Below, one piece after another: positions 28,963 to 39,612 of a stretch of 64,000 nt of DNA. Source of the DNA: Acidimicrobiia bacterium (lineage in GTDB: Bacteria; Actinomycetota; Acidimicrobiia; Spongiisociales; ZC4RG35). A model generated the notes under the pieces. The model had not been told where the DNA came from and ran no database searches. It saw nothing but the letters and a program-made list of their open reading frames with translations. The position numbers and the translations under genes are program-made. The stretch is from NCBI GenBank assembly GCA_965248705.1, contig CBDFJY010000002.1, forward strand, positions 919,095 to 983,094, read 5' to 3'. Positions within the stretch are counted from its first letter, which is position 1. Every line of letters begins with the position of its first letter.

Positions 28963-30542
28963 AAGGAAAGGCGATGGGCATGGGCGCCGCCGCCCTGGTG
29001 GTATCGGGAGGAGTGTTGCTTTCCAGAGTGTTGGGATTGGCTAGAGAGACGATGCTGGCCGCGCTGATCGGGGTCAACGCCGTGGGAGATGTCTACCGGG
29101 CCGCGTTTTTGGTCCCAGACCTGCTCAACTATCTGCTGGCCGGGGGTTATCTGACCATCACATTCGTGCCCATTCTCGCCTCTCGTATAGCGGCGAACGA
29201 TCCCCAAGGCGGCAATCAGGCCTTTGTGGCTGTCTTTCGGGTGGTCACCGGTTTGACCGCCCTCCTGACCGTGGCGCTGATGATTTGGACGGCGCCCCTC
29301 ATGGATCTGATCTATCCCGAACTGTCTCCGGCCCAGCTCGGAGAGGTGATCCGACTCACCAGGATTGCCCTGCCCGCCCAGGTCTTTTTCGTGGGGGGAT
29401 CGCTGCTGATGGCCTACCAGTACGCTCACAGGCGGTTCCTGGTTCCCGTCGTCGCTCCCATTGTCTACAACCTGGCCATTATCGCCGGAGGGCTGGCCGG
29501 TGGGCTCCTTGCCAACCCACCTCCCGCCGACGGATTCGTGTGGGGGGCGCTGGCGGGCGCCGTAATCGGCAATTTCTGCGTACAGTGGTGGGGTGCACGC
29601 CGGGTGGGCCTGCGCCTGGTGAAGGAGGTGGCTTGGAAACACCCGTCGGTCCGAACCTATTTGGCTTTGGCTATTCCGTTGATGGTGGGCCAGTCGGTGG
29701 CGGTACTCGATGAGCAGTTCGTCCGGTTTTTCGGTCAGTTGACAGCGGAGGGAGGGATTTCGGCTCTTTCCTTTGCGCGGGCGCTGAATATGGTTCCGGT
29801 GGGAATGGTGGCCCAGGCGGCCGGGGTGGCGGCCTTTCCCTTCCTGGCCTCTTTGGCCGCGGAGGGTCGTCGCTCCGAGTTGGCCGAAACCACCTTGCGC
29901 ACCGCTCGGATGACGCTCTTTTTGGGAACCGGCGCGGCGGCCGCGGTATTGGCAGTGGGAGGACCTGGCGTGAGGCTTGTCTTCCAGTGGGGAGCGTTCA
30001 GTTCAGCGGATTCGGCGCTGGTGGCCCAACTGCTGGCCGTCTACGCGCTGGCAATTCCCGCCTGGGGTCTTCATCAGGTGATTGCCCGGTCCTTTTACGC
30101 CGAGCGGCGGATGTGGCCGCCGGTGGTGATCGGTACCCTGGCCGCCGCGGTCGCGGTTCCCCTTTCTTTGGGGCTGGTGTCGGCGTGGGACGCCGAAGGA
30201 TTGGTATGGGCGAGCGTGATCTCCATGGCTGCCTATACGGTGACGCTGACCCTCTTTTGGTTGCGGGGTCGGGGCGCGGCGGGTAAAGGTCTGGCTTTAG
30301 GGCTGGCGCGCTCGGTGGTGGCCGGTGTGGCGGCGGCTGGGGCCGGGTGGTTGGTCGCCCGCTGGTTTTCCCAAGACGGAGCCTGGAAAGTCACCGAAGC
30401 GCTGGGCGCCTTTGTGGTGGGAGGGGTGGTTGTCGCTTTGGTTTTCGCGGCTGTGGCCCGGCTGCTGGGAAGCAGGGAGCTGCAATCTTTGTGGGCGGCC
30501 CGCAGGGGAGGCGACACTGCGAGTTCTCCCGAAAACGCTTAG
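28959..30542 (+). CDS. murJ: Lipid II flippase MurJ (MviN)
   Basis: LSRVLGLARETMLAALIGVNAVGDVYRAAFLVPDLLNYLLAGGYLT...; 14-TM profile. Start at ATG 28959 overlaps the upstream stop. The reported ORF from 28566 is an over-extension. Confidence 0.8.
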   Translation: MKGKAMGMGAAALVVSGGVLLSRVLGLARETMLAALIGVNAVGDVYRAAFLVPDLLNYLLAGGYLTITFVPILASRIAANDPQGGNQAFVAVFRVVTGLTALLTVALMIWTAPLMDLIYPELSPAQLGEVIRLTRIALPAQVFFVGGSLLMAYQYAHRRFLVPVVAPIVYNLAIIAGGLAGGLLANPPPADGFVWGALAGAVIGNFCVQWWGARRVGLRLVKEVAWKHPSVRTYLALAIPLMVGQSVAVLDEQFVRFFGQLTAEGGISALSFARALNMVPVGMVAQAAGVAAFPFLASLAAEGRRSELAETTLRTARMTLFLGTGAAAAVLAVGGPGVRLVFQWGAFSSADSALVAQLLAVYALAIPAWGLHQVIARSFYAERRMWPPVVIGTLAAAVAVPLSLGLVSAWDAEGLVWASVISMAAYTVTLTLFWLRGRGAAGKGLALGLARSVVAGVAAAGAGWLVARWFSQDGAWKVTEALGAFVVGGVVVALVFAAVARLLGSRELQSLWAARRGGDTASSPENA

Positions 30543-30657
30543 CTGTACTTCCCACAAATGTCGCTTGACAGTCTTGGTTGAGTGAAGACATGCGCAACCT
30601 GTTTGATTAGTCCCGCCATCACTTACGGACGGTACTTTCCCTGCATCTCCAACGCGG

Positions 30658-31308
30658 TCAGGGCATATGCGACTGTACCGAGATGGTGATCGATACCTCG
30701 ATGTCGTGGATCGCCTGCGACATAGCCTGACCGATGAGGTCCAGCCTGCGCACCTGCGCGATTCGGTCAGACGCTTTGTTGAACTCACTCCTGGACAGTA
30801 GTTCGTTAAAGATATCGCATGCGTCGGCCAGGCAGATGAGCATCACGTCGCGGGGGCCCGGGATTTCGTCGTTGAACAGCACCTCCATGATGCGCAGCTT
30901 CACCTCCCGTTCGGCCTTACCGTCAATGGTCGGGTAGCGCCTGGACCGGAACGCCCACAGAAAACGTTTGTCCTGACGTTCCAGGATGCCGCGGGTAACC
31001 AGCCTGGAGAGCGCGTCCTCGCGGATCGCGGCGGCGCTCTCCACAGTGTGTTCCACCCAGTAACGGGTAGGGCGCCTCTCTCCCGCTGCTATCCCGGCTA
31101 ACGTCGGGTCGAGAAGACTGTCGCCCACCGGCGTGGCGTCAACGAGGATCAGATTCTCAAGGTCGGTGTCGATGCGGTTCTCCATCGCCAAGTCCATCAA
31201 CACACCGCCGGCGATGGCATAGTCCAGTGACCAGTTGGGCACGTATACAAACCGCCCGTCTTGATCACGGAGCAGGAGCAGGAGGATTTCCTCGACGAAT
31301 CTCAGCAT
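30658..31308 (-). CDS. GPP34/GOLPH3-like family protein
   Basis: N-terminus MLRFVEEILLLLLRDQDGRFV is characteristic of bacterial GPP34 proteins. Confidence 0.55.
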   Translation of the reverse strand: MLRFVEEILLLLLRDQDGRFVYVPNWSLDYAIAGGVLMDLAMENRIDTDLENLILVDATPVGDSLLDPTLAGIAAGERRPTRYWVEHTVESAAAIREDALSRLVTRGILERQDKRFLWAFRSRRYPTIDGKAEREVKLRIMEVLFNDEIPGPRDVMLICLADACDIFNELLSRSEFNKASDRIAQVRRLDLIGQAMSQAIHDIEVSITISVQSHMP

Positions 31309-31429
31309 ATGCCGGTCCTTCCTATAACGCGCTCGCCCAGCGCCTTGCCGGGCGCGGCCCGACTGTCACTCCAAGGGGTTCGGAGCGTCTCAGTCTACCT
31401 GCTGACTCTGAACCTCAGTGCGAAGGCGC

Positions 31430-31705
31430 TCAGCGAAGCACTCCCTGTCGCGTAGATGATCTCAGCCAGGGCTGGGAGGATGGTCGGGTGGGGGCCGAGT
31501 CGCCGTTCAGGCCTGGATCGGGACGCGGCAGTTGATCCACGGCGGTCAGCCGACCTGCTCGCATCCAGGCAGAAAGCTGATTGGAGATGCGAGGCCGGCG
31601 GGCCTGGGCCGCCCGCCGTCGTCGCCGCATCTGCTCTATCACCGCCGAGAGCGCCGCCGCCTCGTATTCACCGGCCCCGCCTTTTATCTCGAACCGTTCA
31701 ATCAT
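31430..31705 (-). CDS. Small basic protein downstream of methylmalonyl-CoA epimerase; possibly acyl-CoA carboxylase epsilon-subunit-like
   Basis: 91 aa, overlaps the epimerase stop by 8 nt, Ala-rich AALSAVIEQM segment; weak similarity argument. Confidence 0.3.
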   Translation of the reverse strand: MIERFEIKGGAGEYEAAALSAVIEQMRRRRRAAQARRPRISNQLSAWMRAGRLTAVDQLPRPDPGLNGDSAPTRPSSQPWLRSSTRQGVLR

Positions 31706-32111
31706 CAGACGGCTCCACCAGCTCGATCAACGTTCCGGCCAAGTCACGGGGATGAACGAAGGCGATCCGGGTTCCCCCGCCTCCCGGACGAGGCTCGTGG
31801 TCGATCAGCCTTGCGCCCTGCCCCTGGAGGTGTTCCAAGGCGGCGTCGATGTCGGCCACCGCCCAGGCCAGATGATGGACCCCTTCTCCCTTTTTGACCA
31901 GGAACCGGCCCACCGGAGTGTCCGGTCCGAGCGGCCGGAGCAACTGGATGAACGATCCGCCCAAGGGAATCATCGCTTCTTCCACCCCCTGGGAGGAGAC
32001 AGTTTCCCGATACAGGGGCGTTATCCCGTATTTGACCCGGTACTCGACCAAGGCTTGGTCGAGATCATGAACGGCGATGCCTACATGGTCGAGGTTGAGC
32101 AGTTTGATCAA
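31698..32111 (-). CDS. mce: Methylmalonyl-CoA epimerase (VOC/glyoxalase family)
   Basis: LDHVGIAVHDLDQA...HHLAWAVADIDAALEHL. Confidence 0.8.
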   Translation of the reverse strand: MIKLLNLDHVGIAVHDLDQALVEYRVKYGITPLYRETVSSQGVEEAMIPLGGSFIQLLRPLGPDTPVGRFLVKKGEGVHHLAWAVADIDAALEHLQGQGARLIDHEPRPGGGGTRIAFVHPRDLAGTLIELVEPSDD

Positions 32112-32260
32112 AGCGTCCTGTCGGGTCGTGAGCTTTATTAGACATGCGAGAAGGCCAACGGGTTACGCAAAGCTGGAACATTTCCCAAAAGAGAAACCGG
32201 ACCGGTCAACTATCCTTCGGCTGTGATGAGTGTTTCAAACCCGGTCGGCAGGGTGGAGTG

Positions 32261-33244
32261 ATGGCGTCGGGATCGGGCCACAACTATGCCCTTGATCTGA
32301 CCCAGGTAACGGAGCAGGCCGCCATCGCCGCTGCTCATTGGCAGGGAAGGGCCGATAAGGATGCAGTTGATCAGGCCGCGGTGGACGGGATGCGCGAACG
32401 TCTCAGCACCATCCGTTTCGATGGAGTGGTGGTGATTGGTGAGGGCGAAAAGGATCGGGCGCCCATGCTTCACAATGGGGAACGGGTGGGGAGCGGCCGG
32501 GGTATACAGGTGGATATAGCCGTCGACCCGGTGGACGGGACGGCGCTGACCGCCCGCGGAGGGCCGGGGGCATTGTCGGTGATCGCCGTGGCAGAGCGGG
32601 GAACCATGTTTGCGCCCGGAGGCCTGGTCTATATGGACAAGCTGGCGGTGGGAGCGGAAGCGGCGGGGGTAATCGACCTGGAGGCCCCGGTCCGCCACAA
32701 CCTGACTCGGGTCGCCAAGGCAAAAGGCCTCGACCTTGATCAGTTGACGGTGATCGTGTTGGATCGTCCCCGCAATGAGGTTTGCATCAAAGAGATACGG
32801 GCGGTCGGGGCCCGGATTCGGTTGATCGGCGATGGGGATGTCTCCGCCGCGATCGCCACCGCCCGTTCCGAAACGGGAATCGATGTCCTGATGGGAATTG
32901 GTGGTTCGCCCGAGGCGGTGATCGCCGCGGCCGCCATGCGCTGTGTGGGTGGGGAGATCCAGACCCGACTGTGGGCGGGTAACGACCGACAGCGGGAGTA
33001 CGCGACTGTCCACGGCTTGGACCTCAAGCGGGTGATGATCACTGTCGATCTGGTGGGGGGAGACGAGGCGTACTTGGCCGCTACCGGAGTAACCACTGGC
33101 GAGTTCCTGCGAGGCGTGGAATTCGGCCATGACCGAGCGGTTACCCACAGCGTTACGATGCAAGCCAGCACGGGGACTATCCGCTACATGAATACCCACC
33201 ACAACCTGGCTCGTTTGGAAGAACTGGAGGCGCGAAACGCCTGA
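32261..33244 (+). CDS. glpX: Fructose-1,6-bisphosphatase class II
   Basis: MASGSGHNYALDL...DPVDGTALTARGGPGALSVIAV. Start moved to the conserved N-terminus. Confidence 0.85.
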   Translation: MASGSGHNYALDLTQVTEQAAIAAAHWQGRADKDAVDQAAVDGMRERLSTIRFDGVVVIGEGEKDRAPMLHNGERVGSGRGIQVDIAVDPVDGTALTARGGPGALSVIAVAERGTMFAPGGLVYMDKLAVGAEAAGVIDLEAPVRHNLTRVAKAKGLDLDQLTVIVLDRPRNEVCIKEIRAVGARIRLIGDGDVSAAIATARSETGIDVLMGIGGSPEAVIAAAAMRCVGGEIQTRLWAGNDRQREYATVHGLDLKRVMITVDLVGGDEAYLAATGVTTGEFLRGVEFGHDRAVTHSVTMQASTGTIRYMNTHHNLARLEELEARNA

Positions 33245-33259
33245 GCCGTGTGTTGTCAG

Positions 33260-34114
33260 TCAGCGAGAGACACCGGGAGCGATCGGATCGCCGGAGTCGC
33301 GTTCCTGAACAGCCTGGGCGAATCCGACCTGCTCGGCCCGGCGTTTGAACCACAGTCCCTCGGGTGAATGGCGGGCGATTCCGTCAAACAGCGTGGCAAA
33401 CATTTGGGTGCTGGCCAATCCCATGTTCTCCAATGCCTGGTTGACCACCATTTTGTTCATTATCAACTGATTGCGCGGGACACCCTTGATGCGGTCGGCT
33501 AACTCCGCCACCCTTGCGTCCAGACGGTGTTCGGGTACTGCGTCGACCACCAACCCGATTCGCTTTGCCTCGGCGCCGTCTATCAGGTCGCCGGTCAGGA
33601 GCATCCGCTTGGCTTGTTCGGCGCCCACCCGATAGACCCACATGGCGGTGGTGGGACATCCCCACACCCTGGCGGGCGGGTATCCGATCTTGGCATCGGA
33701 GGCCATCACTACCAGGTCGCAGGAGAGAGCGATGTCGGATCCTCCCGCCACCGCGTAACCCCTCACCTTGGCGATGGTGGGCTTGGAGCATCTCCACAGC
33801 GACATAAAGTCTTTGGTGTTGCGGCTCATCATCCGAAAGTCCACGGTGGGATCCCAGGGCATCTCCTGGGTGTGGGGCTCGTCGGCCCGCTCGGCGAATG
33901 CCGCGAGGTCGTATCCAGAGCAGAACGCCCGTCCCGCTCCGGTTAAGACCACCACATGAACACGGGGGTCGTCGTCGGCCGTTTCCACCGCCTCTCGAAT
34001 CTCGCTCGGCATCCACTGGTCGATGGCGTTGAGCCGCTCGGGGCGGTTGAGGGTAATGGTGGCTATCCGGTCAGAGACCTGGTATCGGATGCTTCGGTAT
34101 TCCGCTGTGTCCAT
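33260..34114 (-). CDS. Enoyl-CoA hydratase/isomerase (crotonase) family protein
   Basis: ITLNRPERLNAI...VVVLTGAGRAFCSGYDL. Confidence 0.85.
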   Translation of the reverse strand: MDTAEYRSIRYQVSDRIATITLNRPERLNAIDQWMPSEIREAVETADDDPRVHVVVLTGAGRAFCSGYDLAAFAERADEPHTQEMPWDPTVDFRMMSRNTKDFMSLWRCSKPTIAKVRGYAVAGGSDIALSCDLVVMASDAKIGYPPARVWGCPTTAMWVYRVGAEQAKRMLLTGDLIDGAEAKRIGLVVDAVPEHRLDARVAELADRIKGVPRNQLIMNKMVVNQALENMGLASTQMFATLFDGIARHSPEGLWFKRRAEQVGFAQAVQERDSGDPIAPGVSR

Positions 34115-34135
34115 AAGAGTTGGTATCCCGTCTGT

Positions 34136-34861
34136 TTAACCGGCATTCCCCACGGTTTCCGCGACCGTGGCGGCGGCCGGGCCCAAAGGTAGCGCAACCT
34201 GACTGTTCTGGGCGCCCAAGCCCGCTTTTCTGAGCGCCGCTAGCAGTCCGTCTGCGAAATAGCGGTCCAGCCCGGTATCTCCGAGTGGGTGGTTTCCGTG
34301 ATGGTTGACCAGAATGAAAGCGGTTCCGGCCTCCTGGGCCGCGGCCATGTCGTCGTCGGTGTCGCCGATCATCACCACTCGGTGCAGGGGGGTATCTGCC
34401 GCCGCCTCCCGCAGATGATTGCTAAGCAGCCCAACTTTGCTTCGGCCTGCAAACCCGCGCAGACCTTCGATGCGGGTGAAGTAACGGGCGATACCCAGCT
34501 TTCTGACCAACGAGTTCAAGGGAGCATGGGGATATAGTGAGAGAATCGACTGGGTGGCCCCGCTCCGGGCCACCATCTCCAGTGCTGGGGTGGTTTCTGC
34601 AGCCAGTCGAACGAGGTGCAGGTTGCTCTCATATGCCATCAGAAAGTGGCGGTTGACCCGTTCCCACTCCGAGTCTGTGAGGTCCCGCCCCAGCACCCGC
34701 CGATAGAACAACGGAAGGGGACGGACGAACAGTTTGATGTATTCGGAGAGGTTGAGTGGGTCGGCGCCCAATTCCTCGAGGGCGGTGTTGACGGCGAAAT
34801 GCACCTGCGGAAGATCATCCCAAAGGGTCCCGTTCCAGTCCCATACCACATGATCGGCCAT
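34136..34861 (-). CDS. HAD-family hydrolase (phosphoglycolate-phosphatase-like)
   Basis: VVWDWNGTLWDD (motif I DxDGT variant), ...VVMIGDTDDDMAAA (motif IV). Confidence 0.7.
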   Translation of the reverse strand: MADHVVWDWNGTLWDDLPQVHFAVNTALEELGADPLNLSEYIKLFVRPLPLFYRRVLGRDLTDSEWERVNRHFLMAYESNLHLVRLAAETTPALEMVARSGATQSILSLYPHAPLNSLVRKLGIARYFTRIEGLRGFAGRSKVGLLSNHLREAAADTPLHRVVMIGDTDDDMAAAQEAGTAFILVNHHGNHPLGDTGLDRYFADGLLAALRKAGLGAQNSQVALPLGPAAATVAETVGNAG

Positions 34862-35109
34862 TCCCTCCCAGAGGATACGCCCGGTTTCTGTCGAAGACCT
34901 AAGTTGCAATTGTTTGGGCTATGGCTTGGATAGCTTCGGCTGGTTTAAGATGGGCGGGTGGTGGATGAGGGCGGCTCCAATGTCGAACTGCTCACCGACA
35001 ATGACGCCTGGGATGGGGCTCCGGTGTGGTCGCCTGATGGGCTTTGGAAAAGTCAGGGTGGGGGCTCGGGATGGATCCCCTTGCTGTTGCTCCCCCCGGC
35101 CCTCCTCGG

Positions 35110-35391
35110 TTAGAAGGGCGATTCTCCCAAGCCCACTACGTTCATCTTGATGAAGCGGCCCCGGTCCGATCCGGTTGATGGGCTGATCTGGGCCAGGGAA
35201 CGGGTTCTGTCGGTGGTCTCGACCAAAGCGGTCAGGCTCTTTTGGTCCACGCACGAGCCCTTCGACACGGTGAGTGTTCCATTCCAGGTTCTCCGCACAG
35301 GATCAGTTATCCGCAATTCCGCAGTCCCGATATCCAACAGGAAACCGGCCGGGTCCATCACTCGGAGTATTCCTTGGTAGAAGTCGCTCAT
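35110..35391 (-). CDS. Hypothetical protein downstream of hspR
   Basis: ORF only. Overlaps an alternative-frame ORF 34919..35254; neither is recognisable. Confidence 0.2.
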   Translation of the reverse strand: MSDFYQGILRVMDPAGFLLDIGTAELRITDPVRRTWNGTLTVSKGSCVDQKSLTALVETTDRTRSLAQISPSTGSDRGRFIKMNVVGLGESPF

Positions 35392-35403
35392 GAGACGGCC
35401 AGA

Positions 35404-35862
35404 CTAGTCGGAGCCCGCCGCGCCATGGCCGGGCAAGCCTTGGTAGTAGATGCGGCGAAGGCCTTCCAGTTCTCCGGAGACGGCCCCCAGCCGGTCGTCC
35501 AGATCTCGGATCTTGGCTCGCAGTCGTACGTTTTCTGATTCCAGTTGGGCCGCCCGACCAGCGGAGCTGGCCAAAAGCTCCTGTTGACGCCGCCGCCTTT
35601 GCTGCTCACGGTGCACTGCCGAGAGCTCGTTCTGAAGTTCGATCACCATTCTCACGCCCTCCAGGTTGAGCCCGGCGGAGGTAAGTTCGCCGATGAGTAG
35701 AAGCCGTTCGATGTCCTGTTGGGAATAACGACGGGTGCCTCCCTCGGTGCGATAGGGCGCCACCAAGCCGCGCCGCTCGTAGATGCGCAAGGTCTGGGGG
35801 TGCATGCCCGACAGCCGGGCCGCCACCGATATCACAAACACGGCTTCCTGATAGCTGCTCAT
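35404..35862 (-). CDS. hspR: MerR-family heat-shock repressor HspR
   Basis: VFVISVAARLSGMHPQTLRIYERRGL HTH. Last gene of the dnaK operon. Confidence 0.85.
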   Translation of the reverse strand: MSSYQEAVFVISVAARLSGMHPQTLRIYERRGLVAPYRTEGGTRRYSQQDIERLLLIGELTSAGLNLEGVRMVIELQNELSAVHREQQRRRRQQELLASSAGRAAQLESENVRLRAKIRDLDDRLGAVSGELEGLRRIYYQGLPGHGAAGSD

Positions 35863-36980
35863 GTCTCCACCACAAAGTGAGATCGTATATCTTCACTGTC
35901 CAGATCGGCCAGACTTTCCAGCAGTCGCCGCTGCTGTTTGGAGAGACGCTTGGGGATTTCCACCCTGGCTTCCACCAGCAAGTCCCCGGTTTTGCCTTTC
36001 CGTGCGGGAGCCCCTCTGCCTCTGAGCCGAAAGGTCTTCCCGTTGTGCGTGCCGGCCGGGATTCGCAGCTTGACGGGTCCGTTGAGAGTGGGAATCTCCA
36101 GGGTGGCGCCCAAGGCCGCTTCGGCGTAAGTGAGAGGCAGCACCAGGTTTAGGTGATTACCGTTGCGCTCGAACAGCGGGTGGTTTTCCACTTCGATTTG
36201 CACCACCAGATCACCGGGAGGTCCGCCCAAACGGTCCGGAGCGCCTTTCCCTCTGACCTTTATCCGGCTTCCATCCTTGACTCCGGCCGGGACTTTGACC
36301 CGCACCTGGCGGGTGCGGTGGCGGGCGCCTCTTCCCCGACATCCCGTACAGTGCTCTTTGATCATCTTTCCCGACCCTTGGCACTGTGGGCAGGGTCGGC
36401 TGAAGGAGAAGAAGCCTTGGTTCTGGACGCTCATTCCCTGTCCTGAGCAGGCCGGACAGATCTCGGCTTGGGTGCCTGCCTGGGCCCCGGTTCCCCGACA
36501 TTCGCTACAGGAAGCCAGGCCCTTTACTGCAATCGACTTGGTGACGCCTCCGAGAGACTCTTCAAATGTGAGCAGGAGTTCGGCGTTGAGGTCGGCGCCC
36601 CGGCTTGCTCTCCCCTGCTGTCCGGGGCGTCCGAACAGGTCGCCGAAGCCGCCCATCCCTCCCAGCAGGTCTTCCAGGTTTACCTGTCCCCCGAAGGGGG
36701 CGCCGCCGCCCCTTCCCGCACCCGGGAAGTGCTGATATCCTCCCGACTCCACCAATCGGCGGACCTCGTTGTACTCTTGGCGCCGCTCGGGATCGGAGAG
36801 CACGGAGTAGGCCTCCGAAACTTCCTTGAACTTTTCCGACTTGGTCGGATCGCCGGGGTTGGCGTCGGGGTGATAGAGCCGGGCGAGCTTCCGATAGGCG
36901 TGCTTGATCTCCTCGGGAGTAGTGGATTTTCCAACTCCCAAGGTCTGATAGAAGTCCTTATCTACCCAGTCGCGGTTCAT
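35859..36980 (-). CDS. dnaJ: Chaperone DnaJ
   Basis: J-domain with HPD, Gly-rich region, four CxxCxGxG zinc-finger repeats. Confidence 0.95.
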   Translation of the reverse strand: MNRDWVDKDFYQTLGVGKSTTPEEIKHAYRKLARLYHPDANPGDPTKSEKFKEVSEAYSVLSDPERRQEYNEVRRLVESGGYQHFPGAGRGGGAPFGGQVNLEDLLGGMGGFGDLFGRPGQQGRASRGADLNAELLLTFEESLGGVTKSIAVKGLASCSECRGTGAQAGTQAEICPACSGQGMSVQNQGFFSFSRPCPQCQGSGKMIKEHCTGCRGRGARHRTRQVRVKVPAGVKDGSRIKVRGKGAPDRLGGPPGDLVVQIEVENHPLFERNGNHLNLVLPLTYAEAALGATLEIPTLNGPVKLRIPAGTHNGKTFRLRGRGAPARKGKTGDLLVEARVEIPKRLSKQQRRLLESLADLDSEDIRSHFVVET

Positions 36981-37000
36981 CTATTCGGATTGGCTCTTTC

Positions 37001-37615
37001 TTATTCGGATTGGTTCTTTCTGGTTACCACCACCAAGGCAGGTCGCAGGAGTCGGCCCCCCAATCGATACCCGCGGCGCACCTCGTTGGAGACCATCATC
37101 TCCCCGTCTCCCGACGGGGGGGCGTTGATCGGCTGGTGGGCATCGGGGGAAAAACTCTGGTCGGTGGTGGGGATGATTTCCAGGCCCTGGCTCTGCAGGG
37201 TTCCCAGCATCAGCTCATAGGTGGCCTTTATCCCGGTGAGGACACTTTGCTCCTCTTCGGAGGAGACTTCCAGCCCCAAGGCGGCGTCGAAACTGTCCAG
37301 GACGGGCAAGAGGGACGCCACTGTCCGTCCCGCCGCCTGGGAGGCCACCGTCGACTGCTCCCGGCGCATTCGCTTCCGGTAGTTGTCCAAGTCGGCCACC
37401 GCCCGCAGGTGGGACTGATGGGCGTCGTCGGCTCGTTGCTCTGTCTCTCGTAGGGCCTCTAATGCCATCCCCAGAGCTTCGGCGGGGTCTTCGGGGAGTT
37501 CATCCATCCCCGCGGGGAGGAAAGGCTCCAGCTCCGACTCCACCTCTACTTTTTCAGCCAAAACTTTCTCCGACAGCGAGTCCACGGAGTCACCGGTGTC
37601 CTGGGATGAGTCCAC
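37001..37615 (-). CDS. grpE: Nucleotide exchange factor GrpE
   Basis: Position between dnaK and dnaJ; coiled-coil plus C-terminal beta domain. Confidence 0.85.
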   Translation of the reverse strand: MDSSQDTGDSVDSLSEKVLAEKVEVESELEPFLPAGMDELPEDPAEALGMALEALRETEQRADDAHQSHLRAVADLDNYRKRMRREQSTVASQAAGRTVASLLPVLDSFDAALGLEVSSEEEQSVLTGIKATYELMLGTLQSQGLEIIPTTDQSFSPDAHQPINAPPSGDGEMMVSNEVRRGYRLGGRLLRPALVVVTRKNQSE

Positions 37616-37617
37616 GA

Positions 37618-39447
37618 TTACTCGTCCTCGTCCTCGTCCTCGACGATCTCGGCCTCCACCACATCGTCATCTTCGTCACCGGCTGCGTCCTGGTCCTGCT
37701 CAGCCCGGGCCGCCGCCTCCTGGTAGAGACGGGTCGCCATCTGCTGGCTGGCCGCGATGAGCGCTTCCATCTTCTCGCGTACTGCGACAGAGTCGGCATT
37801 TTGGTTTTCCAGCACCGCCCGAAGGTCGGACAGAGCGGTCTCCAGCGCGCTTTTCTCCTCCTCGGTCAGTTGCTCGCTCTGCTCCGCCATGAGCTTTTCG
37901 GTCTGATGCACCAACTGGTCGGCCTGGTTTCGAGTTTCGACGGCTTCCCGTTTCTGGCGGTCCTCTTCCGCGTAATGCTCGGCGTCGCTGACCATCTGGT
38001 CAATCTCTTTTCCATCCAGGGCGGTCCCACCGGTGATGGTCATGGCCTGCTGTTTGCCGGTGGCCAGGTCTTTGGCGGACACGTTGACTATCCCGTTGGC
38101 GTCGATGTCGAAAGTGACCTCGATTTGGGGAATTCCCATGGGCGCGGGAGGAATCCCGGTCAGGAGGAACTTGCCAAGGCTTTTGTTGTCGTTGGCCATG
38201 GTGCGCTCTCCCTGCAGCACATGAATCTCTACCGAGGGCTGGTTGCTATCGGCAGTGGTGAATATCTCCGAGCGGCGGGTGGGGATAGTGGTGTTGCGCT
38301 CAATCATCTTGGTCATCAGCGACCCCTTGGTCTCCACGCCCAGGGTCAGGGGGGTGACATCCAGCAACAAGACATCTTTCACGTCTCCCTTGAGCACTCC
38401 GGCCTGAATGGCCGCTCCGGCGGCCACCACTTCGTCGGGATTGACTCCCCTGTGAGGCTGGCGGCCGGACAGCTTCTGCAGCAGTTCCTGAACGGCGGGC
38501 ATGCGGGTGGATCCTCCCACCAGCACCACATGGTCGATGTCTCCCGTTTTTACCCCGGCGTCTTTCACAGCCGAGAGAAACGGCCTCTCCAGACGCTTGA
38601 GGAGAGATTCGGACAGCTTTTGGAACTCAGAGCGGGTCAGTTTGTACTGGAGGTGGAGCGGTCCCGCCGAGGTGGCGGTTACGAAAGGAAGGTTGATCTC
38701 GGTTTCGGCCACGGTGGAAAGTTCGATCTTGGCTTTTTCGGCAGCCTCCCGGAGCCGCTGGACAGCCATCCGGTCGGAGGAAAGATCCACTCCGTGCTCA
38801 TCCCGGAACCGCCTGGCCAGCCAGTCGATGATGGCCTGATCCCAGTCGTCGCCGCCCAAGTTGGTGTCGCCGCTGGTGGACTTCACCTCGAAAACGCCGT
38901 CGCCGATCTCCAGGATGGAGACATCGAAGGTCCCGCCGCCCAGATCGAACACCAGGATGGTCTGGTCGCTTTCCTTGTCCAAGCCGTAGGCGAGCGAGGC
39001 GGCGGTCGGCTCGTTGATTATGCGAAGCACATTCAACCCGGCGATGACTCCCGCCTCCTTGGTAGCCTGCCGCTGAGCGTCGTTGAAGTATGCGGGGACG
39101 GTGATCACCGCCTCGGTCACCGGACCGCCCAGGTACGCCTCAGCGTCACGCTTGAGCTTGAGCAGCACCCGAGCCGATATTTCCTGCGCCCGGTAGGTTT
39201 TCTGATCAGCATTGATGGACCAACTGGTGCCCATTTGCCTTTTTACCGAGCGGACGGTGAGGTCGGGATTGGTGATGGCCTGTCGCTTGGCCACCTCTCC
39301 CACCAGGATTTCTCCGTCCTTGAAAGCCACCACCGACGGGGTGGTGCGGGACCCCTCGGCGTTGGCGATGATGACCGGATCGGCGCCGTCCAGGGCGGCT
39401 ATCACACTGTTGGTGGTTCCGAGGTCTATTCCGACTGCGGATGCCAT
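37618..39447 (-). CDS. dnaK: Chaperone DnaK (Hsp70)
   Basis: [15 protein letters not shown]..., DLGGGTFD, C-terminal EEVD-like acidic tail. Start set at the conserved N-terminus. Confidence 0.95.
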   Translation of the reverse strand: MASAVGIDLGTTNSVIAALDGADPVIIANAEGSRTTPSVVAFKDGEILVGEVAKRQAITNPDLTVRSVKRQMGTSWSINADQKTYRAQEISARVLLKLKRDAEAYLGGPVTEAVITVPAYFNDAQRQATKEAGVIAGLNVLRIINEPTAASLAYGLDKESDQTILVFDLGGGTFDVSILEIGDGVFEVKSTSGDTNLGGDDWDQAIIDWLARRFRDEHGVDLSSDRMAVQRLREAAEKAKIELSTVAETEINLPFVTATSAGPLHLQYKLTRSEFQKLSESLLKRLERPFLSAVKDAGVKTGDIDHVVLVGGSTRMPAVQELLQKLSGRQPHRGVNPDEVVAAGAAIQAGVLKGDVKDVLLLDVTPLTLGVETKGSLMTKMIERNTTIPTRRSEIFTTADSNQPSVEIHVLQGERTMANDNKSLGKFLLTGIPPAPMGIPQIEVTFDIDANGIVNVSAKDLATGKQQAMTITGGTALDGKEIDQMVSDAEHYAEEDRQKREAVETRNQADQLVHQTEKLMAEQSEQLTEEEKSALETALSDLRAVLENQNADSVAVREKMEALIAASQQMATRLYQEAAARAEQDQDAAGDEDDDVVEAEIVEDEDEDE

Positions 39448-39547
39448 ATCGTTTTTCCTCCGTTTTTCGATGTGAGGTGCGATCCCCAAGCCGGGGGGCC
39501 GGGAACCGCCTTTGGTTGTCTATCTAGTATAACCTAACAATAGGGCT

Positions 39548-39576
39548 ATCATATTTCCACCACGACTAATTATCAA
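39548..39576 (-). promoter_or_regulatory. Candidate sigma-70-type promoter of the dnaK operon (TTGATA-17-TATGAT)
   Basis: Minus-strand hexamers at 39576..39571 (-35) and 39553..39548 (-10), ~95 nt upstream of the dnaK start, in an AT-rich patch. Confidence 0.4.
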
Positions 39577-39612
39577 ATTGACCCACGTTGAAGGCCGCAA
39601 GGGCGGTTTGTG

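Noticed and set aside
34919-35254. ORF 34919..35254(-), overlapping 35110..35391 in another frame
   Set aside because: No recognisable features. At most one of the two overlapping frames can be real, and neither is convincing.
39490-39612. Canonical HAIR or CIRCE operators upstream of dnaK
   Set aside because: No CTTGAGT-N7-ACTCAAG or TTAGCACTC-N9-GAGTGCTAA match found by eye.
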